Both the position numbers and the translations under genes were made by a program. DNA of 64,000 nt from Candidatus Palauibacter irciniicola (GTDB taxonomy: Bacteria; Gemmatimonadota; Gemmatimonadetes; Palauibacterales; Palauibacteraceae), in assembly GCA_009836005.1 (NCBI GenBank), contig VXWG01000088.1:17169-81168 (forward strand). Reading direction: 5' to 3'. Under the pieces are notes generated by a model. It did no database searches and was not told the origin of the DNA. It saw only the letters and a program-made list of their open reading frames with translations. Shown one piece after another: positions 43,554 to 52,627 of the stretch. Position 1 is the stretch's first letter, and each line of letters opens with the position of its first letter.

Positions 43554-44213
43554 TCACCCTTCCTCCGGACCCGACAGTTCGAGTTCGAGTTCCGTTGCAG
43601 CCAGCCGGTAACGCCGCAGCCACAGGTACGCGAACGCGAGCGTGTACGCGACGAATCCGAGCAGCACCACGAGCCCGTACGCGCTCCACATCGACTGCGG
43701 AGAAGACGGGGGCTGGTGGAGGCTCCGCCACCAGAACACCGACAGGTACACGATCGGGACCTGGACGAACGCGATGAGACCGATCACGGCCGCCCAGCGC
43801 GCGCGCCGGTCCGGATCCTCCGCCATCGACCGCACGACGAGGTATCCCGTGTAGATGGGTACGAGGAGCGCCGTGGTCGTGATTCGCGGGTCCCACGCCC
43901 ACCAGATCCCCCACGTGGGCCGGCCCCACAGCGTGCCGAGGATGAGGGTGAGGACGGCGGCGACCACCCCGAGTTCCGCGGCGGAAACCGCGAGGAGGTC
44001 CCATTTCAACCGGCGCTGCACGAGATAGAGGATGCTCATGAGGAAGACGACGAAGAACGCGAGCATCATCACCCACGCGACCGGCACGTGGACGTAGAGG
44101 AGGCGCTGGACCTCGCCCTGCAGCGCGTCGGCGGGCAGGACGGCGAGTCCGAGCACGGTGCCGACGGCGATGAGGGCGATTGCAAGCCACCCGAGCATGG
44201 TCAGTCTATTCAT
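43554..44213 (-). CDS. ccmC: heme exporter protein CcmC
   Basis: WWD-domain region (TWGIWWAWDPRIT) and conserved His residues. Start at MNRLTMLGW. Confidence 0.85.
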   Translation of the reverse strand: MNRLTMLGWLAIALIAVGTVLGLAVLPADALQGEVQRLLYVHVPVAWVMMLAFFVVFLMSILYLVQRRLKWDLLAVSAAELGVVAAVLTLILGTLWGRPTWGIWWAWDPRITTTALLVPIYTGYLVVRSMAEDPDRRARWAAVIGLIAFVQVPIVYLSVFWWRSLHQPPSSPQSMWSAYGLVVLLGFVAYTLAFAYLWLRRYRLAATELELELSGPEEG

Positions 44214-44223
44214 TGAACCCGCA

Positions 44224-44904
44224 TCACTCCTCGAGGACGACGGGGAAGATCCAGACACAGACGACGAACAATATCACGTCGTACGATGCGAGTAACCTCA
44301 GCCACCCTCCCGCCCGTCCGAGCGGGTCGCCGGCCAGGAACGCCTCCGTGGCGCCGACGCTGCCGAGGACGACGGGGACGAGGGCGGGGAAGAGGAGGAG
44401 CGGCAGCAGGAGTTCGCGCGCCCGGAGGTGGACCGTGAGGGCGGAGAAGAAGGTCCCGATGACGGAGAAGCCGAAGGTGCCGAGCGCGGCCACGAGGAGG
44501 AGCGGGCCGGCCTGCGCGGCGAAGTCGACCCGGTACAGGATCGCGGCGGCGGGGAAGAGGACGACCTCGAGCGCGGCGAGCACGACTAGGTTGCCGGCCA
44601 GCTTGCCCAGGTAGATCGCGCGCACGTCGCCGGGATAGAGCCGCAGGAGGTGGGTGCCGCCCGCGAGTTCCTCGTTCTGGAACGTCCGGCCGAGGGAGAG
44701 GGTGCCGGTGAAGACGATCGCCACCCAGAGGAGGCCGCCCGCGAGGCGTCCGAGCAGGTCGTTGTCCACCCCGATGGCGAAGCCGAACATGAAGAGGACG
44801 AGCGCGGCGAAGGAGAGCATCGCCGTGAAGCCCTGCCGCGTGCGGGTCTCCGAGAGGATGTCCTTCCACAGGATGGCGGCGGCTCGCCGTGCGAGGGCGC
44901 TCAT
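44224..44904 (-). CDS. ccmB: heme exporter permease CcmB
   Basis: Six TM segments and CcmB family similarity. ATG at 44904 overlaps the ccmA stop as ATGA. Confidence 0.8.
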   Translation of the reverse strand: MSALARRAAAILWKDILSETRTRQGFTAMLSFAALVLFMFGFAIGVDNDLLGRLAGGLLWVAIVFTGTLSLGRTFQNEELAGGTHLLRLYPGDVRAIYLGKLAGNLVVLAALEVVLFPAAAILYRVDFAAQAGPLLLVAALGTFGFSVIGTFFSALTVHLRARELLLPLLLFPALVPVVLGSVGATEAFLAGDPLGRAGGWLRLLASYDVILFVVCVWIFPVVLEE

Positions 44905-45551
44905 GCGGTTGCGGCGGCCACCCGCCCGCCCGCCAGCCGCACGACTTCGTCGGCGTGTCGGGTCGCGTCCTCGACGCGGTGCGAGGCGATGACCACGGCG
45001 GCGCCGGCCTCGCGCCACCCGCGGACCGCCTCGTGCACGAGGCCCACGCCGTCCTCGTCCAGGCTCACGAAGGGCTCGTCGAGCAGCACGAGTTCCAGCG
45101 GGCGGAGCCCGAGCCGCGCCAGCTCGAGGCGCTTGCGCATCCCGGACGACCACGCGCGCACGGGGACGTCCGCCGCCCCCCCGAGATCGACGGCCGCCAG
45201 CGCGCCCCGCAGGTCATCGTCCCGGGTCTCCGTCCCGGACATGCGGGCCGCGAAGCGCAGGTTCTCGACCCCGGTCAACTCCTCGTACGCGTGCCCGCCG
45301 GCCGTCATGAACGCGGCGCGCGTCCGGATCTCATCCCCGCCCGCGGGGAGCGCGTGCCCCAGGACCTCCACCCCGCCGGCCGTCGGCCTGAGCAGCGTCG
45401 AGATCACGCGGAGCAGCGTGGTCTTCCCCGTCCCGTTGGCGCCGAGCAGCGCGACGACCGCCCCGCGCGGCACGGCGAGATCGACGCCGCGCAGCGCCCA
45501 GCGCCGCCCGAAGCGCCGGGTGACGCCCTCCGCGGCGACCGCGAGGCTCAC
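44901..45551 (-). CDS. ccmA: heme ABC exporter ATP-binding protein CcmA
   Basis: Walker A GANGTGKTT, signature SSGMRKR, Walker B LLDEP. GTG start. Confidence 0.8.
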   Translation of the reverse strand: MSLAVAAEGVTRRFGRRWALRGVDLAVPRGAVVALLGANGTGKTTLLRVISTLLRPTAGGVEVLGHALPAGGDEIRTRAAFMTAGGHAYEELTGVENLRFAARMSGTETRDDDLRGALAAVDLGGAADVPVRAWSSGMRKRLELARLGLRPLELVLLDEPFVSLDEDGVGLVHEAVRGWREAGAAVVIASHRVEDATRHADEVVRLAGGRVAAATA

Positions 45552-45604
45552 CGGCGCGCCCGCGCGATTGGCCAGCCGCCGGGGCCGCTCATACGTTCCG
45601 CCGC

Positions 45605-46810
45605 ATGGAACTCGACCGGATCGCCCGCCTCGCCGGAGGCGGCGGGGGCAAGGTGCTGCTCTACGTGCTCGACGGGCTGGGCGGGCTGCCGCGCGAGCCC
45701 GGGGGGCCGACCGAACTCGAGGCCGCTCGCACCCCGCACCTGGATGAACTCGCGCGCGCCGGAACGTGCGGCCTCCACGACCCCGTTGCGCCGGGCATCA
45801 CCCCGGGCAGCGGCCCCGGCCACCTGGCCCTGTTCGGCTACGACCCCCTCGTGTACGAGATCGGCCGCGGCGTGCTCGAGGCCCTCGGCATCGAATTCCC
45901 CCTCCGGCCGGGCGACATCGCCGTGCGCGCCAACTTCTGCACCCTCGACGCCCGAGGCCGGGTGGCCGACCGCCGCGCGGGCCGCATCCCGTGCGAGGAA
46001 GCCGCCCCCCTGGCCGCTCAGCTCAACGGCATCGAACTGGACGGCGCCCGCTGCACCGTGCGCCACGTGAAGGAACACCGCTTCGTCCTCGTCCTGCATC
46101 CCGATGCCCCGGCGGGCGACGCCGTGAACGACACCGATCCCGGCCAGCCCGGTCTGCCGACCCGAACCCCCGTAGCGCGAAACGAGGCATCCGAGCCGAC
46201 CGCGCGACTCCTCGCCGCGTGGCTCGAAGCCGCCGCCGAACGGCTCGCCGGCCGGACGCAGGCGAACATGGCGCTCCTGCGCGGCGTCTCCAGCCAGCCC
46301 GGCTGGCCCCGCTTCCGCGACGTGTTCGGCATGCGGGCCGCGGCCGCCGCCGCGTACCCCATGTACCGCGGCGTCGCGCGCCTCGTCGGCATGGACGCGC
46401 GCACGGTGCCCGCGGGCGCCCCCCCGCTCGTCGACGCCCTCAGGGCGCGGTTCGCCGACTACGATTTCTTCTTCCTCCACTTCAAGCCTCCCGACAAGGC
46501 CGGAGAAGACGGCGACTTCGACCGCAAGGTAGCCGCCATCGAGGAAGCGGACGTCATCGTCCCCGACCTCGTCGATGCGGGACCCGACGTCATCCTCGTG
46601 ACCGGAGACCACTCGACCCCCTCTGTCATGAGCAGCCACAGCTGGCACCCCGTACCCTTCCTCCTCCACGGCCCCCCGGCCCGCAACGATGCCGCCACCA
46701 CGTTCGGCGAGACCGCCTGCCGCGCCGGCGTCCACGGCCGCGTCCGAGGCTGCGACCTCATGCGCCTCGCCGCCGCCAGCGCCGGCCGCCTCGCAAAGTT
46801 CGGAGCCTAG
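45605..46810 (+). CDS. apgM: cofactor-independent phosphoglycerate mutase, archaeal type (ApgM family, alkaline-phosphatase superfamily)
   Basis: Family-wide similarity (YVLDGLGG...). Divergent from ccmA. Confidence 0.75.
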   Translation: MELDRIARLAGGGGGKVLLYVLDGLGGLPREPGGPTELEAARTPHLDELARAGTCGLHDPVAPGITPGSGPGHLALFGYDPLVYEIGRGVLEALGIEFPLRPGDIAVRANFCTLDARGRVADRRAGRIPCEEAAPLAAQLNGIELDGARCTVRHVKEHRFVLVLHPDAPAGDAVNDTDPGQPGLPTRTPVARNEASEPTARLLAAWLEAAAERLAGRTQANMALLRGVSSQPGWPRFRDVFGMRAAAAAAYPMYRGVARLVGMDARTVPAGAPPLVDALRARFADYDFFFLHFKPPDKAGEDGDFDRKVAAIEEADVIVPDLVDAGPDVILVTGDHSTPSVMSSHSWHPVPFLLHGPPARNDAATTFGETACRAGVHGRVRGCDLMRLAAASAGRLAKFGA

Positions 46811-46819
46811 CCGCGCGGT

Positions 46820-47926
46820 ATGATTCCGTACAGCCCGGATCGAGCGTACGGTGCCCTTGCGATTCTGCTCGGTGTCCTCGCCTGCGACGACAGGACTGCC
46901 TCCCAAGGGTCCGCGGCGCCGGGCGACCGGGAGGTGGTTGACATCTCCGCCTCCATGGCGCGACTGCTCGATTCGGCCGTTCGTATCGGCGCGGCGATAA
47001 ACCCCGCCTCGGAAGGGGCGGGATTCACCCGAATCCGTGACGCCCATCTCACCCCGGATGGGCGTTTCGTCGTCGTGCTCGACCAAGCGCCGCCGTACGT
47101 GCGGGTCTTCAGGGCCTCCGGTTCGCTGGAAGCCGCATTCGTGCCTCACGGAGAGGGGCCGGGCGAGGCTGAATATCCGTTGGCGATTGCAGTCTCCGAC
47201 GATCGCATACTCGTGCTGCACCCGGGTCGTGCCTCGCTGTTCACGCTCGGAGGCGAGTTCCTGGACACCGGAGCGACCGGCTTCTGGCCGCATGCGGCCG
47301 CGCGTGGCTGCGGTGGGGACTTCCTGGTGTACGGTCCGGGCACGGACGCCGACGGGACGCTTGTCTGGCTCCGAGCCCTGAGGGGGGTCGACACAGGCCC
47401 CCCACTGCTTCTCGGGGGCGACACCGAGGCGGAGCGGTATTCGTACGGGATGCGCCGGTTCATCGGTCCGCGCGACCTGGCTGGTTCCGATGATGTGATC
47501 GTGGTCCATCGCGCGGCCCGGGAGCCTGCGGAAACGGTTACGATGTTCTGCCCGGATTACCGTACCGTCGCTACGGACACGTTGCCGGGCCTCGTCCATC
47601 AGCGGCACATGTACACGAGAACCGGGCCGGGCACCATGGTCGTGCGGGGTCGGGAGGCGGGCGAACCCTCGGTGTCTGGCGTCGCCGTGGTTGGTCGGAT
47701 ACCGGTGCTATCCGTAGACGTTCTCGGAGAGCCCGGGATGCGGCTGGTACGGCTCCCGCTCGGCACCCGGATCGATACTCCGATTCCCACAGCGCATGTC
47801 CTTCTCGATGCCCGGCCCGGCAGCTTCGCGCTCTTCAGAAGCCCGAGCAACGCGCAGCCCGTCCCGCATCTCTTGCTCGTGGACTACGCCGCGTTCGTGC
47901 GGACGACTGGTCTGGAGCCACGATAG
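46820..47926 (+). CDS. hypothetical lipoprotein
   Basis: Lipobox LGVLAC. No recognised domain. The start lies 10 nt after the apgM stop. Confidence 0.5.
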   Translation: MIPYSPDRAYGALAILLGVLACDDRTASQGSAAPGDREVVDISASMARLLDSAVRIGAAINPASEGAGFTRIRDAHLTPDGRFVVVLDQAPPYVRVFRASGSLEAAFVPHGEGPGEAEYPLAIAVSDDRILVLHPGRASLFTLGGEFLDTGATGFWPHAAARGCGGDFLVYGPGTDADGTLVWLRALRGVDTGPPLLLGGDTEAERYSYGMRRFIGPRDLAGSDDVIVVHRAAREPAETVTMFCPDYRTVATDTLPGLVHQRHMYTRTGPGTMVVRGREAGEPSVSGVAVVGRIPVLSVDVLGEPGMRLVRLPLGTRIDTPIPTAHVLLDARPGSFALFRSPSNAQPVPHLLLVDYAAFVRTTGLEPR

Positions 47927-47929
47927 GAG

Positions 47930-47947
47930 ACGTTCCCGCGGGAACGT
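47930..47947 (+). terminator. perfect 18-bp palindrome ACGTTCCCGCGGGAACGT right after the gene end
   Basis: Direct reading. Same motif as at 7233. Confidence 0.35.
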
Positions 47948-48049
47948 GGGGTCCGGCGGTGCTCGCACCACCCGCCCGCAGGCGTCAGATTCCGATCCGG
48001 AGTGGGGGAGGAAGCGGAAGTTGCGGGCTACTCGGAGGGAGGTTGGACG

Positions 48050-48925
48050 ATGGGCGCCACCGCGACAGGCTGCGCGCGGTCGTGCGGGCGAGGCGTGACG
48101 CGGCGCTTGGCGTTCGTGGCGTTCGCCCTGAGTGTCGCGTGGCCGGTGACGGTGGCGGGGCAGGAGTCGGGCCGGGTGGCGGGCGTGGTCCGCGCCGAGG
48201 ACACGGGCGCCCCCGTCGAGGGCGCCGCGGTACGGCTGGCGGGAGGGGATGTCGTGGTCGCGGAGACCGTCACCGGCCCCGGCGGCGCCTTCGCCTTCGA
48301 TGGCATCGTGCCGGGCGAGTACGTGCTCGGCGTGCGGCGTATCGGGTTCGCCGCGTACAGCGTGCCGCTGGAGGTGGGGCCTGACGGGGCGGTGCCGCTC
48401 GATGTGCGGCTGTCGCTGGACCCGGTCCAGGTGGCGCCGCTGGAGGTAGACGTCGAGGGCCGACCGCTCCGCCTAGTCGAGACGGGCTTCTACGACCGGC
48501 TGGAGGAGGGCTGGGGCACGTACTTCGAGCCGGAGTGGATCCGAACGCGAAGCGCGGGCGTCACCCGGTTGTCTCACTTCGTGTCCAACCTGCAGATGCG
48601 GGCGCCCCTGTCCCGCTGTCCCAAGGTGCAGGTGTGGTACGACCGGATACTTATCGGAACAGTCGACGGCCGGGGGACCAGCAAGCCGGCGTCGATCAAT
48701 CCGGCCGGTACGCACCGGTCCACCGTGGAGCCGGCCGAGCAACTGCTGGACGAGCTGTCCGTGGCGGACCTGGGCGCCGCCGAACTGTACCCGACATCGT
48801 CTCCGATCCCCCTTTTCGCCTCTAGCGATCACACGATGAGGTGCGGAGTCATCATCCTGTGGTCCGACTGGATGGCGCAGATGGGGGGAGAGGTTCCGCC
48901 GTCGGCACCGATGTCCGGGTCGTGA
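48050..48925 (+). CDS. carboxypeptidase-regulatory-like (CarboxypepD_reg) domain protein, secreted; probably the 5' part of a frameshifted gene
   Basis: Signal peptide, then GRVAGVVRAEDTGAPVEGAAVRL...GEYVLGVRRIGF. GGAGGGA RBS before the ATG at 48050. Confidence 0.5.
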   Translation: MGATATGCARSCGRGVTRRLAFVAFALSVAWPVTVAGQESGRVAGVVRAEDTGAPVEGAAVRLAGGDVVVAETVTGPGGAFAFDGIVPGEYVLGVRRIGFAAYSVPLEVGPDGAVPLDVRLSLDPVQVAPLEVDVEGRPLRLVETGFYDRLEEGWGTYFEPEWIRTRSAGVTRLSHFVSNLQMRAPLSRCPKVQVWYDRILIGTVDGRGTSKPASINPAGTHRSTVEPAEQLLDELSVADLGAAELYPTSSPIPLFASSDHTMRCGVIILWSDWMAQMGGEVPPSAPMSGS

Positions 48926-49113
48926 CCGACGCTGCCGGCCGCTTCGCGATGGAGGACCTGCCGCCCGGCTCGTACCAGGTGCGGGCCGACTGCGGAGGCT
49001 TCGCGTCGCCAACCCCGCGCGTCGTAGTCTCGGAGGCGCGTCAGGCCCGGGTCCTCCTCGTCCTCGAGCAAGAAGACCGGTCCGGCCGCGATCTACGCCG
49101 CTGCGACAACTGA
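48841..49113 (+). CDS. second CarboxypepD_reg-like domain in a different frame (likely 3' continuation of 48050..48925)
   Basis: GSAVGTDVRVVTDAAGRFAMEDLPPGSYQVRADCGGF matches the same domain family. It overlaps the upstream ORF's end in the +1 frame across a G6 run. Confidence 0.3.
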   Translation: MRSHHPVVRLDGADGGRGSAVGTDVRVVTDAAGRFAMEDLPPGSYQVRADCGGFASPTPRVVVSEARQARVLLVLEQEDRSGRDLRRCDN

Positions 49114-49124
49114 CACCGCCGGGG

Positions 49125-49466
49125 TCAGGCGGTGCTGGGGGCCTCGTCGGAGTGTTCGATCCCCGCCCCGCCCATCGCGGCGCCGGTGCCCACGGTGATG
49201 ACGCCGAACATGAGGTCGTTGAAAAAGGCCTGCGCGTTGGCGAGATACCCGTGGATGAAGGGCGACAGCATGCTGTAGGCGCCGAGGGCGATGAGTCCCC
49301 AGCCGCTGATCCGGTTGATGCCGAGGTTGAAGGTGATGGTGACGACGAGGATGGAACCGCCGAGTACCACGCTGTGCCACCACAGGAAACCGAACGGGTA
49401 TCCCCAGATGAACGGGGCGCCCAGGAACCAGAGTCCCAGCGCGAGACCGACCCAGCGTGAGGCCAT
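49125..49466 (-). CDS. SPW-repeat membrane protein
   Basis: Repeated hydrophobic units with W/P (WGYPFGFLWW, SPFIHGY). Start at MASRWVGL. Confidence 0.6.
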   Translation of the reverse strand: MASRWVGLALGLWFLGAPFIWGYPFGFLWWHSVVLGGSILVVTITFNLGINRISGWGLIALGAYSMLSPFIHGYLANAQAFFNDLMFGVITVGTGAAMGGAGIEHSDEAPSTA

Positions 49467-49546
49467 CGAACCTCTCTCGGAAGAAACCGGATGAACCGTC
49501 GAACCGGCGCCTATGATGCGCCCCGGCAGGGACGAAGGCAACGTCG

Positions 49547-51838
49547 CTACAGGCGCGCGCGGCGGAGGCGGTTCGCGTTCGTGACGACGGAGATCGAACT
49601 CAGCGCCATCGCGGCCTCCGCGAGCACGGGGTGGAGGAGGCCGAGGAAGGCGACCGGGATCGCGACGACGTTGTAGACGTAGGCCCAGAAGAGGTTCTCG
49701 CGGATCTTGCGGAAGGTGGCGCGGGCGAGCTTCGTCGCGCGCACCACGGAGCGCAGATCTCCCTGGACGAGGGTGATGTCCGCGGCTTCGATCGCGATGT
49801 CGGTGCCGGTCCCCACGGCGATGCCGACGTCCGCCGCCTTGAGCGCGGGGGCGTCGTTGATTCCGTCGCCCACGAAGGCCACGGTGCGGCCCTCCGCGCG
49901 GAGTTGCCGCACGGCCTCGACCTTGTCGGCGGGGAGCAGCCCGGCCCGGAAGTCGTCGATGCCGAGATGCTCGGCGACGGCGGCCGCCACGGCTTCATGA
50001 TCGCCGGTCAGCATCACGGTCCGGAAGCCGCGTCGGCTCAGCTCGAGCAGGGTTTCCCGCGCGTCCTCCTTCACCGGATCGGCGATCGCGATCGCGCCGA
50101 GCAGCCGCCCGCCGGCGGCCACCCAGGCGACCGTGCGCGCGGCGTCGCGGAAACGCCGCTCTACGTCGGCGATGTCTTCCTCCGGGATGCCCTCCTCGCG
50201 CAGCAGCCGCGCGCTCCCCACGGAGACCCGCTGGCCATCGACCTCGCCGACGATGCCCATCCCGACCCGGGCCTCCACGCCGCCCGCCCGGGAGAAGGCG
50301 ATGCCGCGCCCGCGCGCCTCTTCGACGACGGCGCGGGCGAGCGGATGCTCCGACGCGTCCTCCACCGCGGCCGCGAGTGCGAGTACGCGCCCCTCGGCTG
50401 CTTCGCCGGCCGCGAAGATCTCGACCACCCGGGGGGCGCCGCGGGTGAGGGTGCCGGTCTTGTCGAAGACGAGCGTGTCCGCCCGGTCCAGCGTCTGGAC
50501 GGCGGCTCCGTCCCGGATGAGGACGCCGCGCGTCGCGCCGAGACCGGTCCCGACCATGAGCGCCGTGGGGGTGGCGAGCCCGAGCGCGCAGGGGCAGGCG
50601 ATGACGAGCACCGCGACCGCGGCGTAGAGCGCGAGCGAGAGGCGGCCCAGTTCCGGGTTCACCCACGGGATGAACCCCGACGCCCAGCGCGCGGCCTCCG
50701 TGAAGATTCCGGGCACGACGAACCAGCCCGCGAAGGCCGCCAGTGCGACGACGAGGATGACGGGCACGAAGATGGCCGTCACCCGGTCCGCGAACTCCTG
50801 GATCGGGACCTTGCTCGCCTGCGCCTCCTCCACGAGACGGATAACGTTGGACAGGAAGGTGTCCTCGCCCACGCCCGTCGCCCGCACCCGGAGCGCGCCG
50901 GAGTGATTCACCGTCGACCCGAGGACGGAGGACCCCGGTTCCTTCTCGACCGGAATCGACTCGCCCGTCGCGAGCGACTCGTCGACCGCGCTCCGCCCCT
51001 CGAGGACGATGCCGTCCGTGGGAATCTTCTCGCCCGGGCGGATGATCATCACATCGCCCACCGCGACGTCGCGCGTCGGGATCTCGAGTTGCGCGCCCTC
51101 CCGCTCGACCCGGGCGGCGGGCGCCTCGAGCGAAAGCAGGGCCTGGATCGCGGACGAGGAACGGCCGCGCGCCTTCGCCTCCACGTAGCGACCCGTGAGG
51201 TGGATGGCGGCGATCATCGCGCCCACCGGCGCGAAGTTCATGATCATCGGGGCGAACCCGAGGACGTGCAGGACCGCCCACACCCCCGTGAGCACGGAGA
51301 CGCCGGCTCCGAGCGCGATGAGGACGTCCATGTTCGGCGTGCGGCCGCGCGCCGAACGCCACGCGCTGCGCAGCGTCGGTCCCCCCGGCCCGGCGAGGAC
51401 GGCGGCTCCGAGCAGCGTGACGCCGAGATCGAAGACGAGAGGCGACGGCCAGCGCAGGCCCGCGAACATCTCCGGCAGCATCCACACCATGGCCGGGACC
51501 GTGAGCGCCCACGCGGTCCACATGGTTCTCCACGCCTCGCGCGAGCGGGCTTCCGCCTCCGCCAGGCGCGAGCGCTCGGCCTCGCCCCGGTCCACGTCCG
51601 CGATGGGTTCGATCTCGTATCCGGCCCCTTCGACGGCCGCGGCGAGTTCCTCGAACGCCACGTCCCGGGTCAGCGTCAGCGTCGCGGACTCGGCCGGCAG
51701 GCTCACCGACGCTTCCACGCCGTCCACCGCGTTGAGGCTCTTCTCCACGGAGCCCACGCAGGCCGAGCAGTGCATGCCCGCGATCCGATAGGTCCTCCGC
51801 GCGGGGGTCGGTGTGCCGGTCGATCCGTCCATCATCAT
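49547..51838 (-). CDS. copA: copper-translocating P1B-type ATPase
   Basis: N-terminal HMA domain with GMHCSACV, CPC in TM6, phosphorylation motif DKTGTLT, HP motif and GDGINDAP hinge. Start at MMMDGSTG. Confidence 0.9.
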   Translation of the reverse strand: MMMDGSTGTPTPARRTYRIAGMHCSACVGSVEKSLNAVDGVEASVSLPAESATLTLTRDVAFEELAAAVEGAGYEIEPIADVDRGEAERSRLAEAEARSREAWRTMWTAWALTVPAMVWMLPEMFAGLRWPSPLVFDLGVTLLGAAVLAGPGGPTLRSAWRSARGRTPNMDVLIALGAGVSVLTGVWAVLHVLGFAPMIMNFAPVGAMIAAIHLTGRYVEAKARGRSSSAIQALLSLEAPAARVEREGAQLEIPTRDVAVGDVMIIRPGEKIPTDGIVLEGRSAVDESLATGESIPVEKEPGSSVLGSTVNHSGALRVRATGVGEDTFLSNVIRLVEEAQASKVPIQEFADRVTAIFVPVILVVALAAFAGWFVVPGIFTEAARWASGFIPWVNPELGRLSLALYAAVAVLVIACPCALGLATPTALMVGTGLGATRGVLIRDGAAVQTLDRADTLVFDKTGTLTRGAPRVVEIFAAGEAAEGRVLALAAAVEDASEHPLARAVVEEARGRGIAFSRAGGVEARVGMGIVGEVDGQRVSVGSARLLREEGIPEEDIADVERRFRDAARTVAWVAAGGRLLGAIAIADPVKEDARETLLELSRRGFRTVMLTGDHEAVAAAVAEHLGIDDFRAGLLPADKVEAVRQLRAEGRTVAFVGDGINDAPALKAADVGIAVGTGTDIAIEAADITLVQGDLRSVVRATKLARATFRKIRENLFWAYVYNVVAIPVAFLGLLHPVLAEAAMALSSISVVTNANRLRRARL

Positions 51839-51900
51839 CCTTCCGCCGCCCTGGGCGTGAGACCCCTTCCCCGGCGGTGGCGGCGTTTTGCCGGGGGCTG

Positions 51901-51945
51901 CTAGTGTACTGTCGCACAAACCCACGAGTCACCGAGCTACACTAG
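51901..51945. promoter_or_regulatory. 8-bp inverted repeat CTAGTGTA-N29-TACACTAG in the copA/pspA divergent intergenic region
   Basis: Direct reading. It ends 10 nt before the pspA ATG. Confidence 0.35.
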
Positions 51946-51955
51946 ACGCGGGGCC

Positions 51956-52624
51956 ATGTTCAGAAAACTCAGGCAGATGGTCGACGAAGCGCTCGACCGG
52001 ATGGAGGCGAAGCAGCCCGGGGCGTCCGAGGACGACATCGACCGCGTCATCCGCGCCATGCGCCAGGAACTCGTCAATACGCGGGCGCGGATCTCCGAAC
52101 TCGAGGGGCTGCTCGAGTCGCAGGTGCGCCAGGCCGACCGGGAGGGGGAGGCGGCCCGGGTCGCCGAGCGGCGGGCGGCGAAGGCGGCCGAGATCGGGGA
52201 TGCGGAGACGGTCGAGGTCGCGAACCGCTTCGCGGCGCGGCACCGCCAGCGGCTCGAGGTGCTCGTCCTCAAGGCCGAGGGGACGCAAGCCGAACTCCAG
52301 CAGCAGAAGGCCGAGGCGGCGCAGGGCGCGGAACAGTTGAAGAGCGCCATGGCGCGGCGGGATTCGCTCAGCGTGCAGCAACGGCGCGCGCAGGCGATCC
52401 AGCACTCCGCCGACCGGTTCGACTCGGTGGATGCGTTCGACCGCATGGCCGAGAAGATGGAGGGAAGCAGCGACCTCGACGACGCGCGCCGCCAGGTGGA
52501 CGAGGCGCTCGACCCGATGGCCGGGGCGCCGGAGCGGGACTTCGTGGCCGAGCGGGAACTGCGGGAGGCGCGGGCGGACGCGATGCTCGAGGAGTTGAAG
52601 CGTCGCATGTCGAAAGGGGAGTAG
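51956..52624 (+). CDS. pspA: PspA/IM30 family protein
   Basis: Coiled-coil PspA-like sequence along its length. Confidence 0.8.
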   Translation: MFRKLRQMVDEALDRMEAKQPGASEDDIDRVIRAMRQELVNTRARISELEGLLESQVRQADREGEAARVAERRAAKAAEIGDAETVEVANRFAARHRQRLEVLVLKAEGTQAELQQQKAEAAQGAEQLKSAMARRDSLSVQQRRAQAIQHSADRFDSVDAFDRMAEKMEGSSDLDDARRQVDEALDPMAGAPERDFVAERELREARADAMLEELKRRMSKGE

Positions 52625-52627
52625 CGG

